Positions 25,967 to 32,000 of a stretch of 32,000 bases of DNA are shown here, one piece after another. Position 1 is the first letter of the stretch. Every line of letters starts with the position of its first letter. The stretch lies in assembly GCF_000018105.1 (NCBI RefSeq), contig NC_009925.1, positions 3,060,001 to 3,092,000 on the forward strand. Direction: 5' to 3'. The notes under the pieces are model-generated. The model was not told the DNA's origin. It did no database searches and saw only the letters and a program-made list of their open reading frames with translations. The stretch is from Acaryochloris marina MBIC11017. GTDB taxonomy: Bacteria; Cyanobacteriota; Cyanobacteriia; Thermosynechococcales; Thermosynechococcaceae. The translations under genes were made by a program, and so were the position numbers.

Positions 25967-28900
25967 TCACTGTTCGTAGAAATGTGAGTATGAGTCGAAA
26001 TCGTCTGTTTCGGGTGTCTCATCTGAAAGGTGCTGTGGCTCTTTGGGATACTTAACGCCAGCGATTTCTCTCAAGGGTTCTAAAAAAGCACCGTAGAGTT
26101 CTTGGTAAATTGAACGGTCAGTTGGATCGGGATGATTGATACAGTCTTCTAAAATGCTGCGCATTTGAACTAACATGCTGTCTCTGCCTGAATCCGGTTT
26201 GCCTAAAGCAGAGTTCATAGCCCAAGCAGCATCTACAAAGTAAACTGCGACGGGGCAACCGTTTCGCATACCTCGGCCGATGGTTTGTAGAATGGCAACC
26301 ATTTGGTTCGCAGTGAAAGCCTTAAACAGCTCGGGACTCAGGCGACTGGCCATGATAGGCTCCCGCAGAAGTTGATTAGCCGTTCTCCACAGGTCTTTTC
26401 TGGCCTGTTGCCAAGAATTGGCGATCGCATCCACATCTTCTTCTCCAAACGTCCTGCTATCAAAATCCTGCGTTGCCTGCCCTGCCAAGCTATACAGCAA
26501 CTGCATATCGTCGCTAGTAGGATGCGGCCGAGTCAAAAAGTAAATAGAGCCAATCGCCGCATCTAGCATTCGCGGCCCTTTTGTGAAAACGATATTAACG
26601 CCGCGACCGATTGCTAGCATCGGGAAAACAATAATGTCGCAACTATCATCATCACCTAAAGACTCGCACTGTCCCGTTGTTACATAGTCGTCAGATTTTT
26701 CTCCTTCTTTAAGGAATCGAACAACCGCCTTAGTGCGACGTCCGGTCTCTGGATAGTATCTATTTAGAAATGTTTTAACCATTCTTGCTTGTTCATAGCT
26801 ATTCACAATGAGCGCTGCCTTCCGCTTTTGGCCACCGCGAACATCAAAATTATTGATAGATTTATAAATCTCAGACTGCCGGGCATCTTCGTTTCTCGTT
26901 CCACCCTTCACCAGTTCTTCAATCATTTTTTTGAGATTGCGTTCTCTAGATTCTCCGGCTCCGCTGTAACGTAGGGGTTGGCTTCTCCACTCTTTATCTG
27001 CCTGCCACTTAAACTCATACCGACTGGGTTCAGTTTTGTACAAAGGTTCAAGAGGTTTGAGAAGATAGTCCGGTTTGATGTTTACGTTGTAGGCAGGACT
27101 TGCCTCCAGGAATGAAGTTGCCGATGTTAATAGAGTCGCTGGGCCGCGATGATTATTGTCTGGAGATAGCAACTGATGAAATCGGTACATTAGCATTCGG
27201 GGGGCACCTACAAATGCTACGTACGATATTTCTACATTTCTAGCGTTTGTACGGGTTGTTTGTGCCTTAGAGAATGTGTATTTAACGCCAGAGAGCGAGC
27301 CAAGTAGACTGCTTGGGATCATCCGCCGTAGCGATCGCGAGGCTGTGGATTGAATAATTGGATCCCGAATCAAACCTTCTGCAACTAGAGCCCGAGTACC
27401 TGGAATGATACGCTGGTAGCCAAGAATAACGAACGTTACTACGATAAGTAGTTTGATAGCATCTGATTCCTTTCCGGTCGATGAATGATCAGGAAAGCAA
27501 ATTGATAGATAGAACTGGGATATTTCCTGAGAGATTTCATCTCTTCGCTGCGCTAAGCCTTCTGCAAGATAGCGCTGAAAATGTTGAATGAGCGTGTCTC
27601 GTTTCTCTTCTAGCTCTGTTTCTGAAATCCTTAGAGTAGCCGCATTAAAAGAAAGGTTTTTCCACTCATCTCTATTGCTACTAGTACGGTTGTAAAAAGC
27701 GTTGTAGGCTGCGGTCTCCCAGAAATCAGTCAGCGCCCGACTGCGGTTAACCTTAAGTCTTCTACCCTCATCTGTCGGGGGCTTCTTCTCTTCAGGATTC
27801 AATCGGTTCTGCCCGTTCTCGTTTACTATTTCGCTAACGATTTTAAGAACAGTCAGTAGCTGGTTCTCGTATTTTTCTCCAATGTAAGACTCATTGAGAT
27901 TTTGAACCGTTGTAACGAGCGCACTATTATGGTTTCCAAAGTCGGATAAGTGCCAGCTAAAAGTGGCAATATCGGGATCTGCTAGGCGATGATTGTCTTT
28001 GCCTGCAAAACGACTGTGAATTTGCTCTTGAATGGTTCTGTGAATAGATTTCTCTGAGCCAGAGATACTCAGTGTTGCCGCGCCGTAGGCATCTAGATTT
28101 GACTGCACCATATCCGCTTCATCGAACACGACTACATCAAAAGTCCGTGCAATCAGCTCAAAGTAGCGAATTCGCACTTGTACTGCATGAGACGAGACGG
28201 GTGTATCCATAGAGCGAATATGCCCGACCCATATGTTGGATGTAGTTAGCTCACGTACGGATTTGTTCCGTCCACACATGGTCCAAAGTGGACACAAGCA
28301 GGGTTTCAACTCTCCTTTGCTGTCACTTTGCAGAACAGCATTACAAGGCGCGTAGCCAAACCCCCACATTGATGTGTCCGCATTGGAAAAGGCAGGCAAT
28401 ACACAGTTGAGACTGAAAATATCTGCAACGCCTAGCGTATGGGAAAATCCTCTGTTCGGATATGCTGCCGCGATCGCCTCTGCTAAATTATCGGCATGGC
28501 GTCTGCGCGTTTCATCGCTTTGCCCTACCAACATACCGACTTTAACGGCATGAAACTGTAAAACGTCCATGTACTGCCTGGACACTTCAATAGAGGGAAA
28601 GACGAACATCGCTTTGTAGTTTTCTTGGGCTAGCCACATAGCAATGAGAATAAGGATTGTTGTTTTCCCTGATCCTGGTAATCCAATCAGATGCTTTATT
28701 CCCGCTAAAGTCAAAGTATCTGTTGGTTGTAGTCCATCTGCTGTGGGAACGGTCAGCATAAATCTCTCTAGCCGACTAGCCCATCGACCTGGACGCCGTT
28801 CAGGATAGTTTGCCTCCCGGTCGTCCATCTTGACAGCCAGTACTTTTAAGTCTTCGAGAGGAATTCGAATATTGTCTTGTAGCTGTCGATTCAGTGGATG

Positions 28901-29404
28901 GTAATGTCTTTGTGCGATTTTTGCTTCGATCGGCGGAATTGGAATTCTCGTCGATGTGGAGTCTGTGCCTAGCGCAACACTCATTGCCTGTCTTACCTCT
29001 GCAACCTTGGTCGTATTAGGTTGGTATGAAAGCGGCGCTCGCAAGATTTCCTTAGCTTGCGTAATCAAAGAATCTTCTAATGGATTTGTCCTTTCGAATG
29101 TCAGGTTTTGGGCATCGATTTGGTAGGAGCCTTGCGTTCCTTTCAGGTAGTGATGATTGTTGTAGATTGCGATCGCGTGATTAACAGAGCGCTGCGTGAC
29201 ATAGGCTAAAGACATCTGCCTCATATTGAAAATAGCTTGGCGAGCCTCGATCAGTGCAGAAGCATTCAGTATGCTGTGCATCCCGGACATTACCGCTGGT
29301 GCATGTTCTAAAGACTCACTGCCCACAAAAGACTCCATCAAAACGCAGAGCCAACAGATTTGGTTCGGACCGGTCCAAAAATTAGGTTTAACTCGCATAA
29401 GCAA
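25967..29404 (-). CDS. large SF2 (DinG/DEAD-like) helicase with long N-terminal and inter-lobe insertions
   Basis: Walker A GLPGSGKTT (nt 28658-28684), Walker B VVVFDEADMV, a second lobe with FPMLAIGRGVN, and a motif VI-like QTIGRGMRNG. There is a 17-nt overlap with the upstream gene and a 10-nt gap to the downstream gene. Confidence 0.75.
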   Translation of the reverse strand: MLMRVKPNFWTGPNQICWLCVLMESFVGSESLEHAPAVMSGMHSILNASALIEARQAIFNMRQMSLAYVTQRSVNHAIAIYNNHHYLKGTQGSYQIDAQNLTFERTNPLEDSLITQAKEILRAPLSYQPNTTKVAEVRQAMSVALGTDSTSTRIPIPPIEAKIAQRHYHPLNRQLQDNIRIPLEDLKVLAVKMDDREANYPERRPGRWASRLERFMLTVPTADGLQPTDTLTLAGIKHLIGLPGSGKTTILILIAMWLAQENYKAMFVFPSIEVSRQYMDVLQFHAVKVGMLVGQSDETRRRHADNLAEAIAAAYPNRGFSHTLGVADIFSLNCVLPAFSNADTSMWGFGYAPCNAVLQSDSKGELKPCLCPLWTMCGRNKSVRELTTSNIWVGHIRSMDTPVSSHAVQVRIRYFELIARTFDVVVFDEADMVQSNLDAYGAATLSISGSEKSIHRTIQEQIHSRFAGKDNHRLADPDIATFSWHLSDFGNHNSALVTTVQNLNESYIGEKYENQLLTVLKIVSEIVNENGQNRLNPEEKKPPTDEGRRLKVNRSRALTDFWETAAYNAFYNRTSSNRDEWKNLSFNAATLRISETELEEKRDTLIQHFQRYLAEGLAQRRDEISQEISQFYLSICFPDHSSTGKESDAIKLLIVVTFVILGYQRIIPGTRALVAEGLIRDPIIQSTASRSLRRMIPSSLLGSLSGVKYTFSKAQTTRTNARNVEISYVAFVGAPRMLMYRFHQLLSPDNNHRGPATLLTSATSFLEASPAYNVNIKPDYLLKPLEPLYKTEPSRYEFKWQADKEWRSQPLRYSGAGESRERNLKKMIEELVKGGTRNEDARQSEIYKSINNFDVRGGQKRKAALIVNSYEQARMVKTFLNRYYPETGRRTKAVVRFLKEGEKSDDYVTTGQCESLGDDDSCDIIVFPMLAIGRGVNIVFTKGPRMLDAAIGSIYFLTRPHPTSDDMQLLYSLAGQATQDFDSRTFGEEDVDAIANSWQQARKDLWRTANQLLREPIMASRLSPELFKAFTANQMVAILQTIGRGMRNGCPVAVYFVDAAWAMNSALGKPDSGRDSMLVQMRSILEDCINHPDPTDRSIYQELYGAFLEPLREIAGVKYPKEPQHLSDETPETDDFDSYSHFYEQ

Positions 29405-30893
29405 CCTCCTGTAAAAGCTTGATCACAGCAGATACAGGCAAAACTTCTACCGTTGCCGGATCGCCCTTTTTTGACAATGTAGATTGCAGAGTAGATAGAT
29501 AGCTCGGGTTATCTGCAATGAGCTGATCGCTAATAGCAATGATGCGACGCTGATAGTAAACCAAGCCACCAATACTTTGGTTGAGTCGCAGTGCTAGTGA
29601 AACTGGGCTGATGTATGATTTTGCATCAATTCCAATCTCGTAGTCATTGAGTGATACATCACACAAATCTGACTCGGGGTACAGCTCAGCTCTGAGACCT
29701 TGCTGTTTCGCAGTGTCGAAAATGGCAAGTTCGTCAATACCTGGGCCCGTCCAATAGGTCAGAATCTGAGGCTTCGCTACGAGTAGGCGATGCTGCTCCG
29801 GGTCCAACGCCTCACTTACTTTCGGCGTATAGCGACTATTACATTGCCGAATCGGACATCGTCCTTCCTTAAAGCGCTGGTCATTTGGATGTGGGTGCAT
29901 CAGGGTTCCGCAGTAAGCACATCGATTTGCTTTGCCTTTGATTAACCAACTCTCAGGGATTTGATCGAAGAACGTGTCGACAATCCTTTCTTGCAGTGGC
30001 AACAGTTGACGATCTTCGAGATAGTCCCAAAGTGCCTTTTCTCCGATGAGTGAGTGCCGAACTGCAAGTTCGCGGAGTGCTGTATACCCAAGGTGTTGTC
30101 TGCGGGTGCCCAGTTGTTCTGTATATGTTTTGAGTCGCTGATACAGGCGGTACTCAACAACATTATCTTCCCCCCAGCCTCCATTAGCTTGTGCGACTTC
30201 AGTGCAATCTGACGTGGGCACATATAGGTCTGGATCAATAAGAACGACATCCGAAAATCGAAAATCGTTCTGACTAAAAACCTTTAACCGCCAATCTTCG
30301 GAACGGAAACTGTGTCGGGCGCGATCTAGCACAGTATGGACACAGGCAGCTTTATCTGGTGTGCCCTCCTCTATGTATAAGCGGCCTAGCTTACACATCG
30401 CTCGATAGAGTTCGGACGGCATGCTGTCGTTTTGTCGGACAATTTCTTGATTAAGAACGCGCGTGTACTGCTTCAGAATGCCTTGAGCCAGCAAAACGAC
30501 AGCATCTTCTGCAGTGTCTATGATGTTGTGTAGACTAGCTGCAAAAGAATGACCTTGTGCGATCGCAGCCGACCAGTTGGGGTCTCTATTTTCCGACTCA
30601 GCTAAAATCTGCCTCTCCATATCAGCATCCGAAAAATTAGGCAGCACTTCTCCAATGGATGCTAATGTCCAGCCCCTTTTCAAGAGCAGCGCTGTTGCCA
30701 ATCCTTCTAAAATCTGGCGAAACCCAAACTTTTTACCTTTAGGTTGGGAGAGTAGTTTCTTCGATCGCCAAAGCCGAATTGTCCGCAGTGCAGGCGGTTC
30801 TATCAAGATATTCAATAAACCAGTCTGATGCTGAATTTCTTCAGTCAGATCTTTGGCAGACCCACTCCAACGGCGCACGCGGTCGAATTGCAT
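29388..30893 (-). CDS. HTH / zinc-ribbon / PD-(D/E)xK nuclease protein (first gene of the trio)
   Basis: MerR-like pattern RTIRLWRSKKLL...FGFRQILEGLATALLLKRGWTLASI. Zinc ribbon CAYCGTLMHPHPNDQRFKEGRCPIRQC. C-terminal D412...E419..D423-A-K425 (nt 29619-29660), typical of the restriction-endonuclease fold. Confidence 0.6.
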   Translation of the reverse strand: MQFDRVRRWSGSAKDLTEEIQHQTGLLNILIEPPALRTIRLWRSKKLLSQPKGKKFGFRQILEGLATALLLKRGWTLASIGEVLPNFSDADMERQILAESENRDPNWSAAIAQGHSFAASLHNIIDTAEDAVVLLAQGILKQYTRVLNQEIVRQNDSMPSELYRAMCKLGRLYIEEGTPDKAACVHTVLDRARHSFRSEDWRLKVFSQNDFRFSDVVLIDPDLYVPTSDCTEVAQANGGWGEDNVVEYRLYQRLKTYTEQLGTRRQHLGYTALRELAVRHSLIGEKALWDYLEDRQLLPLQERIVDTFFDQIPESWLIKGKANRCAYCGTLMHPHPNDQRFKEGRCPIRQCNSRYTPKVSEALDPEQHRLLVAKPQILTYWTGPGIDELAIFDTAKQQGLRAELYPESDLCDVSLNDYEIGIDAKSYISPVSLALRLNQSIGGLVYYQRRIIAISDQLIADNPSYLSTLQSTLSKKGDPATVEVLPVSAVIKLLQEVAYAS

Positions 30894-30998
30894 TTATCCA
30901 AGCGATAGATTACATTAATCAATGATTACACCATTTAGTGTAAAAATTGAATCTGTTTCACAAATGTATTAAGTTGACCCTCAATAAGGCACAAAGCT

Positions 30999-31334
30999 AT
31001 GGACACGTCTCCACAGGAAATTCGCCTATATCTGCGACCAGACGGTAGCTGTCCCTTTGCGCAGTGGCTAGAAGGTTTGCGAGATCGGCGTGCAAGAGCC
31101 AAAATCAGGCAGAGCTTAGATAGGATTGAGCTGGGCAATATGGGTGACTTCAAGCCTGTCGGCAAAGGCGTCTTGGAGGCTAGAATTAAGTACGGCCCAG
31201 GATATAGAGTTTATTTTGCTCGTGCAGGTCGGCAAGTTGTCTTGCTGTTGTGTGGCGGAGACAAAAAGACGCAGAATAAGGATATCCTCAGAGCACAGCA
31301 GTATTGGATGGACTTTCAAAAGTACAAAAAATAG
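30999..31334 (+). CDS. RelE/HigB-superfamily toxin (addiction module killer protein type)
   Basis: 111 aa with CPFAQWLEGLRD..ARAKI...LGNMGDFKPVGKGVLEARIKYGPGYRVYFARAGRQVVLLLCGGDKKTQNKDI, a near-textbook pattern for this family. Confidence 0.85.
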   Translation: MDTSPQEIRLYLRPDGSCPFAQWLEGLRDRRARAKIRQSLDRIELGNMGDFKPVGKGVLEARIKYGPGYRVYFARAGRQVVLLLCGGDKKTQNKDILRAQQYWMDFQKYKK

Positions 31335-31412
31335 AAAACATCTAAAAGCTACCACTCGTACCTAGTCGAATCGCTAAAGGATAAAGAAGAAGCAGCCGCT
31401 TATCTAGATGCC

Positions 31413-31637
31413 GTGTTTGAAGATGGAAGTCCAGAAGAAGTGGCGCTAGCACTCAAAAATGTTGCAGAAGCTCGTAGACAATCAGTCGATACCTCACAGA
31501 CAAGCAACGCTGACTGGGAAAAGTGCTACCACTTACTTGAGCAATCAAAAATGCCAGCTTTGCCTATGCTTTTGATGCTATTGAGTGAGTTGGGATTAAA
31601 ACTGACTGTCACTGTAAAGCAGGGGCAACCAACGTAA
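31413..31637 (+). CDS. cognate antitoxin (addiction module antidote, HTH type), start codon problematic
   Basis: The C-terminal LSELGLKLTV and the LALKNVAEAR blocks fit the family. Conserved N-terminal residues (SYHSYLVESLKDKEEAAAYLDA) are encoded at 31335-31412, upstream of the first usable start (GTG 31413). Confidence 0.6.
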   Translation: MFEDGSPEEVALALKNVAEARRQSVDTSQTSNADWEKCYHLLEQSKMPALPMLLMLLSELGLKLTVTVKQGQPT

Positions 31638-31967
31638 TTCATACTTATCTACTCAGATAACATCTACGAGTTGCAAGCATTTGATGTCAGAGTCAAAATC
31701 ATCGAGCCAGGTGGAATCAAAACGAACTTTATCCATAGCGATACGACATGGGCAAACTCTGTTGACAGTCCTTATCATGAACTCACGCAACAAGTGAAAT
31801 CCTTCAGAAAGCGGCTAAATGAATCATTGTCAGGGCCACAGAAAGTCGCTGAAGCGATTTATCAGGCAGCTAATGACCAGTCTGGTAAGCTACGCTATTC
31901 TCCACATGGACAGGCGTTTCTATTACTACACGCATGCTGCCTGATAGGCTATGGCGATCGCTCGTAG
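31638..31967 (+). pseudogene. 3' fragment of a short-chain dehydrogenase/reductase gene
   Basis: It encodes only the C-terminal third (ELQAFDVRVKIIEPGGIKTNF...). The Rossmann TGxxxGxG and the catalytic YxxxK portion are absent. The frame opens right after the antitoxin stop. Confidence 0.6.
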
Positions 31968-32000
31968 GCCGGATGATGCGAAGAAAGAACCTTGGGTCTA

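Noticed and set aside
22861-30893. Considered whether the operon is a type I/III restriction-modification, DISARM, Druantia, Hachiman or Zorya-like system.
   Set aside because: There is no methyltransferase, PLD, DUF1837 or MotAB-like component. The third protein has an Argonaute-like MID/RNase H pattern rather than any signature of those systems.
1-32000. Looked for CRISPR arrays, tRNA/rRNA genes, integrases and transposases.
   Set aside because: I saw no regularly spaced direct repeats, no cloverleaf-like or rRNA-like segments, and no ORF with recombinase or transposase motifs.

Overview
The window is a cyanobacterial chromosomal segment. Supporting signs are the frequent HIP1 palindromes (GCGATCGC, e.g. 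804-811 and 1371-1378), two Uma2/DUF820 endonuclease paralogs and a CcmM-type SSUL module. I saw no rRNA, tRNA or CRISPR array. The content falls into three blocks. (1) 1-13.8 kb is a mixed region. It holds a Fur-family regulator (probably Zur) with an operator-like site, a feoB-like GTPase/permease translationally coupled to a membrane-anchored beta-propeller protein, a decayed second fur-family gene fragment inside the feoB-like 3' end, and an operator-preceded flavoprotein. It also holds a GGDEF cyclase, a WD40 protein and a Crp-family regulator. (2) 14.1-22.8 kb is a compact zinc-sparing regulon built around identical 17-bp palindromes (ATGATAATGATTATCAT). One divergent operator drives thrS, an iota-CA-like exported protein, a hisI paralog and a gamma-CA/SSUL protein on the minus strand. 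On the plus strand it drives folE, COG0523, a degenerate COG0523 and two metallophosphoesterase paralogs with remodelled metal motifs. A DUF1636 gene has its own operator. (3) 22.8-31.65 kb is a visibly more AT-rich accessory island. Its core is an 8-kb three-gene operon: an HTH/Zn-ribbon/PD-(D/E)xK nuclease, a 1145-aa SF2 helicase and a 1031-aa Argonaute-like protein. This best fits the in-silico-defined but, to my knowledge, experimentally uncharacterised pPIWI-RE type of system. A HigB/RelE-like toxin with an odd antitoxin lies next to it, and the island ends at a truncated SDR gene. All family assignments come from motif reading by eye. No searches were run.
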